Assembly (NCBI RefSeq): GCF_030028105.1
Contig: NC_092398.1
Location: forward strand, 15,498,600-15,562,599
From: Mobula birostris
Lineage: Eukaryota
Direction of reading: 5' to 3'
Length of the DNA: 64,000 nt
The notes under the pieces are model-generated. The model was given only the letters and a program-made list of their open reading frames with translations, was not told where the DNA came from and did no database searches. The position numbers were made by a program, and so were the translations under genes. Positions 1-13,929 of this stretch are shown here, piece by piece (positions within the stretch are counted from its first letter, which is position 1; every line of letters begins with the position of its first letter).

Positions 1-693
1 CAATCTATTCCTCATATCATTCTCCGTACCCCTCATGTCACCTCTCACCCCTTTCACTACAGCAAAGTCAAACCCAGCTTCATCACATCACATCACGTCT
101 GTAGTGTGGTGACAAGAACTGTACACAATATTTCAAATACAGCCGAACCAACTGCTTGTACATCTGAAACATGATACCACAACACTTATACTAAATTCTT
201 TGGCTGATGAAAGCAGGCAGTCCACACACCTGCTTCACAAGCCTGTCAGCCTGTGATGCCACTTTCAGGGACTGTGTAACAACACCTGAGGCATCTGCAA
301 AGGTACTTCAATGGACAAGGCACAGAGTGATATGGAATTAATGCAGGCCAGTGTGTTTAGTATAGGTGGGCATGACAGTCAACACAGATGTGATGGGCCA
401 AAGGGCCTGTTTCTGTGCTGTACAAATCTATGACTACTAAACACTCCACAACTGCCTGCAGTGACTCTGGCTGCCTTGGACCTCAGCTCTGAGCTTGTCT
501 CACTGACCCCCATGTCCTCTGAGATGATACAGGGAGCCTCACGCTGTAATTGACCTGTCATTTCTCTCTCTTAATACTATCCATTTCCATCTGAACCTTT
601 CCTATCGATGTACCTATCAAAATGCCTTTCGAATACTGTAATTGGACCCACTTCTACCACTTCATCTTGCAGCTTGTTTCATCTATCCACCAC

Positions 694-966
694 CTGTCTG
701 TCTGACTAGGTACCATATCCGATGCGGACTTTGGTGACCATGGTTTTCCATATAGATCTATCCTTCGTTTTTTGGATGACTTCCATTTCCTCAATGTGTA
801 GCCACCTGGCTATGCTTTTGATGTACATAAGCTGAAGTCTTCCTCCAGGTTTACTCCCCTCAATCTTTCCAGAGAGTATGAGTTTTTCTAGTTAATCTTT
901 CCGCATGATGTGTCCTAGGAATCTGAGTTGTCTTTCTCTTATTGTTGGTATGAGTGAGTGACTGAG
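694..966 (-). mobile_element. RTE-clade LINE 3' fragment (second copy at about 31453-31730)
   Basis: Minus strand reads ..RERQLRFLGHIMRK*..LSGKIEG..DRSIWKTMV..GT*, followed by an (AGAC)n-like tail, typical of an RTE ORF C-terminus. Confidence 0.65.
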
Positions 967-1149
967 TGTTCATGGGGAGAAGGTACCACCACCATTTGTG
1001 TAAAAATTTGTCCCTCATGTCCACTCTCTACTTAAATCTCTGCCCTTGGGACTTAGACTCCCCACATATGGAAAGAAGACTGTGGTCATTCACCTTATCA
1101 ATACCCCTTATGATTTTATACACCTACAGACTCACTTTGAAGGTCTCTA

Positions 1150-1616
1150 CAAATCATTGGAAAGCGTACAGAGGAGATTTACCAGGATACTGCTTGGTGT
1201 AGAGAGTATGCATTATGATCAGAGATTAAGGGAGCTAGGGCTTTACTCTCTGGAAAGGAGGAGGATGAGAAGGGACACGTTAGAGTATACAAGACATTAA
1301 GAGGAATAGATAGAGTGGACAGCCAGCACCCCTTCCCCAGGGCACCACTGCTCAATATAAGAGGACATGGCTTTAAGGTAACAGGTGGGAAATTCAAGGG
1401 GAATATTAGAGGAAGTCTTTTTACTCAGAGAGTGGTTGGTGTGTGGAATGTAGTGACTGAGTCAGGGGTGGAGGCAGATACACTCGTGAAATTTAAGAGA
1501 TAACTAGACAAGTATATGGAAGAATTTATTTGAGGAGTTATATGGGAGGCAGGGTTCAAGGGTCAGCACAACGTTGTGGGCTGAGGGCCCTGTACTGTGC
1601 TGTACTATTCTATGTT
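1150..1616 (+). mobile_element. CR1 LINE 3' fragment
   Basis: ORFs 1046-1300 (LESVQRRFTR..LGLYSLERRRMR) and 1315-1503 (RGHGFKV..FTQRVVGVWN); ends in the CR1 TTCTATGTT tail. Confidence 0.85.
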
Positions 1617-1962
1617 ACCAGATTGATTGATTGATTTGCAATTTTTTTTACACATTAGTTCTTTGTCAATCTTTGTTTGTGTGCAGTTCTTCACTGACTC
1701 TATTGTACTTTTTTGTTCTGTTGTGAATGCCTTCATGAAAATCTCAGAGCAGTATATGGTGGTATTTATACTTTGATAATAAATTTACTTTAAACTTTTC
1801 AACTTCGAAGACTGGTGGATTGTGGATGGAGTAAAGGACTATCAATGAACACAGAGGGATATGGATCGGGTAGGAATGGCAGGGTCAGTTCAGTGGAGTT
1901 TTACATGGATATGTGAATATAAAGGGACTGTAGTGATATACAGTAGATGATATACAGGAGGG

Positions 1963-2970
1963 TGTTCTGTACAAAGTCCCATTGTATCTCAGATGTTTGG
2001 ATTTTCTCTCTGTTTTGAAAATAGTCTGCACATTTATTTCTACAACCAAAGTTGATGACCATGCATTTTTCAACATTGTGTTTCATTTGCCAACCTTGTC
2101 CATTATTCTAGTCTGTCTTAGTCCATCTGCAGCCTACCTGCCCCTCCAGCAATCTTCCTATCAGCTGAAAACTTGGCAACAAAGCCATCTATTCCATCAT
2201 GAAAATCATTGATATTAAAAGGAGTGGTCCCAACACCAACCGCTATTCACTGGCAGCCAAGCAGAAAAGGATCCCTTTATTCCCACTCGCTGTCTTCTAC
2301 CAATCCAGTAAGCAGCCTCAAGTGTGGCAGCTTGTCAAAGGCCTTCTGAAAGTCCAAATATAGAACATCCACTGCATCTCCTTTATCTATCCTGTGTGTA
2401 ATCTACTCAAAAGAACTCCAACAGGCTTGTCAGGCAGGATTTTTGCTTATGAAGCCAAGTACTCCAGAATCTCATCCTTAACAATTTACTCCAACATCTT
2501 CCCAACCACTGAGGTCAGGTCAATAATTTCCTTTCTGCTGCCTTTCTAAAAGAGTGGAGTGATATTTGCAACTTTCCAGGCCTCTGGAGGTTTGCCAGTG
2601 TCCAATGATTTTTGCAGATCATTACTAATGCCCCCACAATCTCCACCGCTACCCCTTTCAGAATCTGAGGGTGCAGTTCATCTGGTCCAGGTGACATGTA
2701 TAGGTCTTTCAGCTTTTTGAGCATCTTCTCCCTTGTAATAGTAACTGCACCCACCTCTCTTCCCTCACACCATTTAACATTTGGCACATCGTTAGTGTTT
2801 TCCATAGTAAAGTCTAATGCAAAATACTCTTTTATGTCATCTGCCATCGCCTTGGCCCCTGTTATTATTTCTCCAGCCTCATTTTTTAGCAGTTCTATGT
2901 CCACTCTCATCTCTCTTTTTTTAATACACTTGATAAAGCTTTTACTACCCACTTTGATATTGGCAGTAAC
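1963..2970 (-). mobile_element. Degenerate CR1 ORF2 (RT region) fragment; paralog about 14489-15500
   Basis: ORF 2515-3057 contains SPGPDELHPQILK; ORF 1901-2086 contains NVEKCMVINFG; frameshifted. Confidence 0.8.
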
Positions 2971-4560
2971 ATGACTATCACATATCTTGGATAACTGACA
3001 CAAAACCTCTTCAGGTGTGTTTTCAATTCTTGGAAAATTAAATGATGATTTTACCAAAAAAGAGCAAATGCATAGAGATGAGTACAGTACTGAAATTCAA
3101 GTAAAACACAGCTCAGGCAGTAAAGACAGAGTTAACATTTCAAGCAGAAGCCTCTTCATCAGATACCAGTCTGCTAACATGCTTTGTTGCATATTTATTC
3201 CTGCCAAAATGTGCAATCTCACTTTCTCCCATAATTTCCTCTCCTTACTCCATCTTCCCTACTTATGTTCCCATCTCTCTTTGTGTCACCTGTCAGTTCA
3301 GAAATTTTCGCTTTCTTGAATACCCTATGAAAAGGAAGCTTCTCAAATGGACATCTCAGTTCAGCACAACCACTCTTCCCTTTATCCACAGATTATGTTA
3401 CTACACCAAAGATTTCAATATATTTGGCTGAAAGTGGAATCACTTTCTCAAAATCCTGTTCACTTTGCCTGATTTCTTGAAGTTTTGGAGATCTGCATTT
3501 ATTCCCTCCGTGGTTACAGATTCAAATGTTTTTGGGACAGATGGTTAACTGTAAGTAGGTGACCAGAACGGAGCTCAATACTCCAAATTAGGTCTCATCA
3601 ACATGTTACACAACTTCATCATAACATCCCAACTCCTGCACTCAGTGTTTCGATTTTCGAAGGCCATCGTGTCTAGAGCTCTATTTACAGTCCTTGCTAC
3701 CTGTGAGACCAGTTTTAAGGAATAATGGGTCTGTATTCCCAGATCACACTGCAAGCTTCGACAGTCTTCCCCGTTATCTATTACATCCTCATTCTTTCTT
3801 GATCCATTTTACAATATAATCACTCAGTTTGTGATATAGATGTGAAAAAAAAATGACCCAGCACTGATCCCTGCTTAAGAAGGGAGGTGATTTAAATATA
3901 GAAAATGATGAGGAGTGGAGATAGTGTAGGTTAGAGAGAGTTTTCCCCCCATATCAGGAGCAGATAAAACTGCAGGACATGGGGTTTGGTTGAAGGAGGA
4001 ACAGGTTAAGAGAGGAGTTGTTCACCCAGACGGTGGTGAGTTCCTGGAACACTGTACCGGAGAGGGTGGTGGAAACGGGGTCGTTGATGTTATTTCCAAA
4101 ATGTCACGTAAATTCCCAGGCTACTGAGCAAGTGCTGGAAGAATAAATTAATATGGATGGATTCCCATTGGTTGGTATCGATTTGATGGGCCAAATGGCC
4201 TGTAATACTGCTGAAACAATCTGTAAAAATCGGATTCAATGAATCCCTGCTACAAGAAACACGCAAACCTGATAAATATGATAACCGTATTCACCATCTC
4301 TCGCTCTGTCCTCATTAACCAGTTTCAGAGGGCCCTCGTTTATTCCAACAGTTTCCAACGGTTTATCCAGAACGCTGACGCTGTTCCGTTGCGGCTAAAC
4401 CACTGGAAATTGACGGTCGTGGAGCTGAACGATGAGAGGCCGCTCTCTGCTCTGTCCGTCCGCCTGCCTTTGTCTCCACCCCTCCCCGTCTCTCTTTTTC
4501 TCTCTCCGCATTTGTTCGTCACTGTCTCCACCCCCTTACAGCCTCTCTGCCTTTCTCGGG

Positions 4561-4584
4561 CAGGTCGGGGCGCTGCGTATAAAA
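4561..4584 (+). promoter_or_regulatory. H4 proximal promoter with TATA box
   Basis: CAGGTCGGGGCGCTGCG followed by TATAAAA at 4578-4584, about 45 bp upstream of the H4 ATG; same motif at 17115-17138. Confidence 0.75.
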
Positions 4585-4617
4585 TAAGGCAGCAGCAGCG
4601 GGTTCGTCACTGAGTGA

Positions 4618-4938
<321 letters not shown>

Positions 4939-4967
4939 GGAACTCCTGAATCTGAACACAACCCAAA

Positions 4968-4983
4968 GGCTCTTTTAAGAGCC
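4968..4983 (+). terminator. Histone 3' stem-loop (H4 copy A)
   Basis: GGCTCTTTTAAGAGCC followed by ACCCA; purine-rich HDE-like AGAGAGAGCAG at about 4998-5008. Confidence 0.95.
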
Positions 4984-5574
4984 ACCCACCATCTCACAGA
5001 GAGAGCAGTGACCCGGTTCAGAAATAGCTGATAATCAGAATTGTTGATTGGAGAACTGACCATTTCTGTGTTTATCCGTACTTTCATCATCACAGTAGCT
5101 GGAGTTTAGAAAATGCTAAAAAGAAATGCAACTAAAGTTATAATACTTGTCCTGTTCCGTAAAAGTAACTCCCTCAAAGTAACATTCCCAGGAAGGTTAT
5201 TTAGAAAGAAAACTAACGGCCAATCATATCGGACCGCCTGAGATCCGACCGCCAGTCACACATCGGTATCGGGGTAGATGGTTTTAAACCCGACGGGCGG
5301 CTGCTTGAATTCGATAACGGATATGAAGCCGATCGCAGCGCTGGGGCTCTAGACGCTATCGGAGCGGACATTCAACTCCCAACAGTTGGCGGACTTACCC
5401 GCTCCGACATTTCGGACTGTGCACCCAGCGTAAACCTGAGAGTTGCACTTCGCACCAGTAAGGAATTTCAATACACCCTGCCTGCTAATTAGTACAACAA
5501 TCTAATCCGAACAAGAGCCCTTTCCCCCGCGCTTCAGGTATCCGCAGAGCAGCCCTTTCACAGACACAGTGAGT

Positions 5575-5590
5575 GGCTCTGAAAAGAGCC
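5575..5590 (-). terminator. Histone 3' stem-loop (H2A copy A)
   Basis: Minus strand GGCTCTTTTCAGAGCC, then GAAAGGGCTG HDE-like element. Confidence 0.95.
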
Positions 5591-5620
5591 TTTGGGTCAC
5601 TGGGTTCAGATTCTGTCTCT

Positions 5621-6260
<640 letters not shown>

Positions 6261-6514
6261 TTTAATGCTCATCTAAAATGAAATTATTGCACGTCTGTTT
6301 GTGGGCTTGATCTCCACATTCACTAATTACTGGAGTCCGCCACATTTCATTTAAGTGTAGCTACTATTGCAACACTGGCTGGGGATTTAATTCACCGATT
6401 TCTTTAAACTAAGAAACGCTCAGAACAAAACCCGCTTCTCAGCTGCTGTTCGCCGTCGGTCTTGTTCGTGCATCAGGTTATGGACGAGTTGCTCTTCTCA
6501 AACGGCCTGAAAAG

Positions 6515-8350
6515 TTTGTAATGTAAAAGGGAACAAGGGAAGTAGATATCGGACCACTTGCAAATGACTGGAAAGGTAAAAATGGGCGAGAAGGAAATGG
6601 TGGACGATCTGAATAAGTATTTTGCAATTGTCTTCGCTGTTGGACAAACAGATTGTAGACGCGTTAGAATGATCTTTCAAGAATTACCGGAATCTGGAAC
6701 AGTTCCACAGGACGATAAATTGCAAAAATCATTCACTCTTCAAGAAGGAAGAGTTGCAGAAGAAAGGAAATTATTGGCCAGTTAGTGTGACCTTAGTGGT
6801 TGGGAAGATGTTGCAGTGGATTGTTAAGATGTGGTTTTGGATACTTGGAGCACATGATAAAATAGGCTGAAGACAGGATGGTTTCCTTAAGGGAAAATGT
6901 TGCCTGACAAATCTGTCGGAATTATTTGAAGAAATAACAAACAGGACAGATAAAGGAGAATTGATGGATGCTATGTACTTAGATTTTCAGAAGCTTTTAA
7001 CAAGATAAGAGCCCATGGTATACAAAAAAGATACTAGTATTGATAGAGCATTGGCTCATTGGCAGAAGGCAAAGAGTGGGAATAAAGGGAGCCTTTCCTG
7101 GAATGCTGCCAGTGACTAATGGTGTTAAATAGGTGTCTGTGTTGGGACCCTCCTCTTTTTTTTTACATTATACGTCAACGATTCAGATAGTGGAATTGAT
7201 GGATTTTTGCTAAGCTTGTAGATGATACAAAGATAGGTGAGGGAGCAAGTATCGCTGTAGAAGCAGGTAGTCTGCACAAAGACTTAAACAGATTAGGAGA
7301 ATGGGTAAAGAAGTGGCAGATTGAATACAGAGTTGGGAATTGTATGGCTATGCACCTTGTAGAAGAAATAAAAGTGTACACTAATTCTAATTGGAGAGAA
7401 AATTCAAACAATACGAGGTGCAGAGGAACTTAGGAGTCCTTGTGCAGGATCCACTAAAGGTAAATTTGCTTGTTGAGTCGGTAGTGAGGAAGCCAAATGC
7501 AATGTGAGCATTCATTTCAAGAGGATAAGAATTTGAAAGCAAGGATGTAATGTTGAGGTTCTATCGGCATCCGTTGGTCTCATGAGACCATGGATATGCG
7601 CCTTGGAAGTTTTCCAGGCTGTAGGCCTGGGCAAGGTTGTATGGAAGACTGGCAGTTGCCTATGCTGCAAGTCTCCCCTCTCCACACCACCGATGTTCTC
7701 CAAGGGCACTAGGACCGATGCAGCTTGGCACTGGTATTGTCGCAGAGCAATGTGTGGTTAAGTGCAAGGACACAACATGCTGTCTCAGGTGAGGCTTGAA
7801 CTAGTGACCTTCAGGTCAGTCGACCGATGCCTTAACCACTTGGCCACGTACCAACATTGAGGCTTAATAAGGCACTGATAAGGCCTCATTTGGAGTAGTG
7901 AGCATTTGGGGCCTCCTATCTGAGAAAGAATGTGCTGACATTGTGGAGCTATTAAAGGAAGTTCATGAAATCAGGTCTGGGATAGAAAGGGTTGTCATAT
8001 GAAGAGTTTTTGTTTGCTCTGGGCAAATGTAGAAAGGATTCAATATAGTGGATGTGTGGAGTAAATGTCCTGTGGTGCAGGAGTTTGACACCAGAGGTCA
8101 CAACCGCAAAATAGAGGGATGTTCATTTAAAACAGAGATGACAGGGAATTTCTTTAGCTATGGACTGGAGAATCTGTGGAATTCATTGCCATTGATGGTC
8201 AAGTGATTGGGTATGTTTAAGGTAGAGCTTGATAGTTACTTGATTGGTCAGGGTCTGATGTTTACGGGGAGAAGGCAGGGGAGGGAAATGGATCAGCCAT
8301 AATGAAATGGTGGAGCAGGTTCGATGATCTTTATCTGTTCCTATGACTTA
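6515..8350 (+). mobile_element. Degenerate CR1 ORF2 with a nested SINE; paralog about 19015-21000
   Basis: Recognisable CR1 RT segments (HGF..GK.CLTNL, YLDFQK, DDTKIG) with many stops and deletions. Confidence 0.8.
7565..7856 (-). mobile_element. tRNA-derived SINE
   Basis: Minus strand begins with a tRNA-like head (GTGGCCAAGTGGTTAAGGC..GTTCAAG); the paralog at 20205-20504 has a perfect TSD. Confidence 0.75.
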
Positions 8351-8711
8351 TAATTGCAACTTCCTCCCTTCTGAGCTCTCATCTCCTCCAAAGTGAAGTC
8401 ATCTTTTTCTAAATTCTATTCAATTCAGTCCCCACTTCAATTAAGTGTCTGACAGTCCCTGCCAGAATGAGAGAACATGATCCTTAATTAAAACCTTTGC
8501 CTCTCTCTTACTTAGTGGGATATCAGTATTACAGCACTGCCCTTCATAGATTGTTAGCCAACCTATCGACTACTTCACTTCTGACATGAGCTGTGATCCA
8601 GAAAAGCTGACATACACTCCCCAATACTGCAGCTGTAATAATGTTTGCCTAACTTCCAACAAAACACACAGACAACGACTGGACACACCCATCTTAAGAT
8701 GACACAATACA

Positions 8712-9010
8712 AATCAGAATCAGAATCCTTTATTATCGCCAAGTATGTGGGCACATACAAGGAATTTGATGCTGGTTTCCCTGAGCTCTCGCTGTACAGA
8801 ATAAAAAAAAACAATCAAAACAATAGTGCAAATAATCGTGAACTATATACAGTGAGGTGTACCTGTGTATGTACAGGTGGACTTGGTTTGTAATAGACTA
8901 AAATTCAAGTGTTCATAAGACTGATGGCATACGGATAGAAACTGTTCTTGTACCTATTTGTCCTGGCATACAGTGATCTAAAGCACCTACCAGAAGGAAG
9001 TGGTTGGAAC
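8712..9010 (-). mobile_element. Copy-A-specific LINE 3' fragment with (ATTCTG)n tail (Rex1/L2-like)
   Basis: Absent at the homologous site (about 21345-21370); AATAAAGG-ATTCTGATTCTGATT end on the minus strand. Confidence 0.65.
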
Positions 9011-9670
9011 AGAACAGAAAACAGTTAGGCTGTGCGTCCTCTATCGACTGCAATGCAAGGATTGCCACCATTTTCATAGTATAAACTGGGAGTTCATTAG
9101 AAAAACCTTTTCTCACTGACACCTGAAATGATGGAACATAGACTGCTGCACTGGTGTTATGAGACACTGGGCCTTTAGAATTCCATTCCGTCGTATTGAT
9201 GAAGCACAGATGGAGAAACCACTACCTCTTCAGTTACACACCCAGCATATACTGACAGCCTCTCCCAAAGTCAAATCTACCCCAGTTAAAGCAAATAGAG
9301 AGGGAGGAATAATGGATAAAGCCACGTAGGAGCGTAGTTCATATTGGACAGGCGCATGTTCCCTGCCTGATCGTTTCTTTCCCACCCAAGGAGCTTGGTG
9401 TTTCTGAAAAATTCTGAGTTGGATGATCATCCTCGTCCACTGAGGACAAACCAGTAACTCATAGCAATGCGCAATCTTCGTAAGTACAATGGCATCTCAT
9501 CCATTTCCCCCTGCAGAGCAGAAATAGAAGACGTAACAGAACACAAATGTTACCCAGCGGCATCGAACTGCTGATTCTCCGTGTCGATGAGGTATATCGG
9601 GGCGGGGTTGGCATGTTTAACAAGAGCTCAGCGAACAGTAACAGACAGCCCTTTCCACTGCTGTGTTGGT

Positions 9671-9686
9671 GGCTCTTAAAAGAGCC
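9671..9686 (-). terminator. Histone 3' stem-loop (H3 copy A)
   Basis: Minus strand GGCTCTTTTAAGAGCC-ACCAA. Confidence 0.95.
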
Positions 9687-9715
9687 TTTAGTTGTTTTCG
9701 GTGTGGAGATCGGAT

Positions 9716-10132
<417 letters not shown>

Positions 10133-10196
10133 TCAGCAGTCAGAGGAAAACTTCCAATACGAGGATTCGAATAGCAGAGCGGACGCAGGAACCAGC

Positions 10197-10269
10197 TTTT
10201 AAAGAGTTGATGATGGGCCGCCCCACTCTCTGATTGGTTGCAATGGAGATGCCCCAGCGTTGCGATTGG
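10197..10269 (-). promoter_or_regulatory. H3 promoter: TATA-like box and two CCAAT boxes
   Basis: TTTAAAA at 10197-10203; ATTGG at 10233-10237 and 10265-10269 (32 bp spacing). Confidence 0.75.
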
Positions 10270-10967
10270 CTGCATTTCCATCACCAGTTTGAAGCTGGCC
10301 GGTGGTGGGGGTGGGGGTGATGGTGGGGAATAATACCCACGACCAAATATGGAAACTGGTGACTCAGGGTCGGAATTTAGCCGGTCTGAATGCAGTGATT
10401 TGGATGGCGGTTCAGTTTGAAATCGCCCGCCAATTCCAAGAGGCAAACAAAAGAAAAAATTGTTTCAACAACAACCAGTTTTCTTACAATTAAAATAATC
10501 ACGAATTATCAAATTTCACCTGATATAAATCATCGATCGTCTTCATTCAATTAGCTGAATCTGAATGTTTACGTTTTTACTGAATTGCTTCTCCAAGTGA
10601 GTGAATTCAGTCTTGCCGGAAACGGGAGAGAAGACTGAGATCGATTTTAATTCACTGCTATTACTAAATGGTTTTGTGGGAAAACAGCCACAAGGTTTTC
10701 AAAAAGACCACAGGAATCAGCACCAAAATGAATTGCTGCTCAATACAAGTACATCTTCAAATCATTCATTAGAACCAAATAAATTAAATTATCAATCTCT
10801 TCACTCACCAAATTGCTGTTCAAAGGCAAACCGACGGCCGCTGTCTCCTTTTATCACATCACCCTGACCTGCCCGAGAGAGACGGAGAGGGAAGCAGAGA
10901 GACAGCTTCAGAGTAATTGAGCAGAGAGAGACCTCTAATTTCCAGCTCTTTCGTGGGAGATGTGAGT

Positions 10968-10983
10968 GGCTCTTAGAAGAGCC
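10968..10983 (-). terminator. Histone 3' stem-loop (H1 copy A)
   Basis: Minus strand GGCTCTTCTAAGAGCC; HDE GAAAGAGCTGG at about 10942-10952. Confidence 0.93.
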
Positions 10984-11017
10984 GTTGGTTTCAGGTCTTT
11001 AAAATGTGTATTTTTAT

Positions 11018-11650
11018 TTACTTTTTGGCAGTCGCCTTCTTGGCTTTCACGGATTTTGCCTTCGGTTTGGGTTTTGCCGACTTCTTCGGCGCCTTCGCCT
11101 TCGGGGCCGCGATCTTCTTGGGGCTCTTAGTCTTCTGCGCAGCCTTCTTGGCCGCTGGTTTCTTAGCAGCCGCTTTTTTAGCCGTCGGTTTCTTAACACT
11201 TTGTTTCTTGGCGGGAGATTTCTTAGCTGCTTTCTTGGCCGCAGTTTTCTTGATCGCTGGCTTCTTGGTCTGAGATGTCTTGGCCGCTGGTTTCTTCGTT
11301 TTTTTCACGATTTTCGCGCCACTGTCCTTTTTAGCGGCCTTCAAGGAGCCGGAGGCACCTGCGCCCTTGGTGTGAATCAGGGAGCCGCTTTCCAATTTCC
11401 TTTTAATGACCATCTTGATCTGACTTTTGAGCTTTTCCACATCGACCCCGTTGGCGGCCAATCCCTTCTTTATCGCGACTATGGACACCCCTCGGGGACT
11501 GCGGCAATCCGCCACAATCTTGTCGATCTGCTCGCCCAGTTTGGGACCGGCTGTCTTGGTCCGGGCGGCCGCCTTCTTCTTCTTAGGAGTCTTAGTTGCA
11601 GCGGCAGGCGCCGTTGGAGGAGCGACTTCAGCGGCTGCGGTCTCGGTCAT
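11018..11650 (-). CDS. H1: Linker histone H1 (210 aa, divergent globular domain)
   Basis: ATG at 11650 (MTETAAAE..); winged-helix motifs GVS..DVEK..TKGAGASGS; K/A/P-rich tail with SPKK/SPAK; stem-loop downstream. Confidence 0.95.
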   Translation of the reverse strand: MTETAAAEVAPPTAPAAATKTPKKKKAAARTKTAGPKLGEQIDKIVADCRSPRGVSIVAIKKGLAANGVDVEKLKSQIKMVIKRKLESGSLIHTKGAGASGSLKAAKKDSGAKIVKKTKKPAAKTSQTKKPAIKKTAAKKAAKKSPAKKQSVKKPTAKKAAAKKPAAKKAAQKTKSPKKIAAPKAKAPKKSAKPKPKAKSVKAKKATAKK

Positions 11651-11726
11651 GTCGGCGACGCTGCACAAGCTCTCTCAAAACTCAGAACTGAGTGAGAAAT
11701 GAAGAGAGAGGCGGCGGTGCAGCGCC

Positions 11727-11803
11727 ATTTAAAGGCAGCGAGCGGACGGGGCGGAGACACCCTGTCGTCAGCTCCTGGCCACTCGGTCTCCCTGTGTTTC
11801 TTT
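11727..11803 (-). promoter_or_regulatory. H1 promoter: TATA-like box, GC box and H1 (AC) box
   Basis: TTTAAAT at 11727-11733, GGGGCGG at 11748-11754, AAGAAACACA (H1 box) around 11793-11802; conserved in copy B (about 24474-24550). Confidence 0.75.
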
Positions 11804-13224
11804 CTCCTCAAAAACCTTCCGATTCCAATTAAAATAAGGCACCTCCATCACCCAGATCGCTCTCTGTCTGTGTCCGAGGCCGGACTCTTACCTGTTAAAC
11901 AAGCTTGGTCCGAATTAAAGGCAACAGTTTTCATATAAATCCTTTTAACTGCTGCACTGATTTCGTTCTCTCCCGCCATCACCGGAATGCTCACCGTTTT
12001 CCGACTGAAATATTGAAACCAACTAAAAATACGGGCAATTCCCACTTCAGGACTGAGCTGGGGAGGTGGGCCATCTCGTGATAGGGAAATCTTTTTATTT
12101 TCCACAGGAGGGACTGCAAAATGCGGCGACGTGATCGGACTCACGAACACAGCCGCATCGCATTCAAAGTGTCACTGGTTCATCTGTTCTGTATCTTGCA
12201 ATATTTAATTCACACACTTTGTTTATTTATGTGTAATCCATCTATCGATTTTATCCTTTACACTCTAATTCGGAGAAACGTTGTCTCGTTTGACGGTATA
12301 CATGTATATTGTTAAATGAAAATAAATTTGATTTGTTTCACAGTGATACCAGGCTGAGCTGTCAGGTCCCTCTCTGACACACCGTTCATATTTGCACAAA
12401 CTGTGGGCCCGGTGTACAGTTCCTAGCACAAGTTTTCCTCTCCGCTTCCGTGTTACCGCGTGTTACTTGTAGATTCCCAGCTCAGTAACATCTCCGCTTC
12501 TTTCTCTTATATCTGGAGCCATACTTTTCTCCATAGTAAACATTCATTACAAAACCACCCACCTTCTGGGGCTCAAGATCCCGGTAGCCCTACTGATCTC
12601 TAAGGGAATCGAATCTCTCCCAAACTGCCCTTTTACTCTAGAGACAACGGGAGAATCTCTTCGGAGATTCCTGAACTTTACCTGCCGGATCCATCTGATA
12701 CTCTCTCTCTTTGCCCTCCTGGTTTCCTTCCTCAGAGCATTCTCAATCTTTTTGTAGCCAGAAAAGGATTGGTTTCATATCAGCCTCCTGAATGAAATGT
12801 ATGATTTCTTTTTTCTTTTAAAACTGAACCTCATTATCTCTCATTTACCAAGGTTCCCCAAACCTGCCAGATTACGCTTCACCACAACGGGAACATTCTG
12901 TTCCCAGACACTTGCTGTCCCACTTGCCATTCATTCATTCTCTTTCTTACAGGTTCTCCAAATCAACCTTGGCTCGTAACTAATTCCCCCAACATTACCC
13001 TGCCCCATTTTACAGCACTAACCTGTGGAGCTGACCGACTGTATCCTTCCCATCACTCTCTTAAACTAATAGAAAGAATGAAAAAGGAACCTTGGTCAAC
13101 TGTGGAAGTCAGCTGAGGAACGGCTACGTTACTGAACATCCACACTCAGAAAAGACTTCAGAAAGAAGACACATTCTCAAAGATTTGGTTCATCTTGTGA
13201 CTGTACAGTGTCTGCACTTTGAAT

Positions 13225-13430
13225 TTATTGAGATACAGCACGGAAAAGGTCTCTATAGCCCTTTCAGCCATGCTGGCCAGCAATCCACCAGTTTAATCCC
13301 AGGCAGTTTATAATGACTGATTAACCTCCCAACCAGTAGGTCTTTAGACTGTGAGGAAACCGGAGCACCAGAGAATGTATAAACTCCTCACTGGCAACAG
13401 CAGGGATTGAACCCTGTTCACCTGTAATTT
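13225..13430 (-). mobile_element. Degenerate SINE with CR1-like tail (paralog about 26030-26230)
   Basis: B-box-like GGGTTCAATCC head and GGTGCTCCGGTTTCCTC central domain on the minus strand. Confidence 0.55.
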
Positions 13431-13929
13431 TAAACCTTTCCTTTCTGAAACTTCTACAAAACTGGCATCACAGATGGACAGGATGGGGAAGAAAGTATTT
13501 GGTACACTGGCCTCCATCAGCAAAGATGATTAGCACAGGAGCTGGAATGTGATGTTCTTTTTGTGTAAGACTTTGATGAATCCACACCCAGAATATTCTG
13601 TGCAGCTTTAGTCACCCTCATTAGAGCCACAGTGTAATTACTTTTTAAAGAGTTCAGAAAAGGTTTAGAAGAGTAACGGTGGGAATTGAAGGTCTGAGTT
13701 ATGTGATGGTGTTGGCTGTGCTGTCCGCGAACTTCAAGCGAAGACATTAAGACCTGTCAGATAGAAGTAGCCATGAATATGCTCACTAAAGGGAGATAAT
13801 ACTGTCATGACCCAATCTTTAAAGAATGGTTTATTCTCCATGGTGTTTCGCTGCCAATACAACCACTATTCGAATGGTGGGCCCCACTCAAAGGAAAAGT
13901 TACTTCCAGCTAACAAAGTTGTTTAAAGT

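Larger units (their letters stand above)
1..1962 (+). repeat. Tail of a preceding histone-array unit (direct repeat of 30760-32727)
   Basis: Position 1 (CAATCTATTCC..) aligns to 30760 and similarity runs to CAGGAGGG at 1955-1962 / 32720-32727. Confidence 0.9.

Noticed and set aside
7790-7856. tRNA-like sequence on the minus strand (also about 20440-20504)
   Set aside because: It is the head of a SINE with a TSD and does not form a complete cloverleaf.
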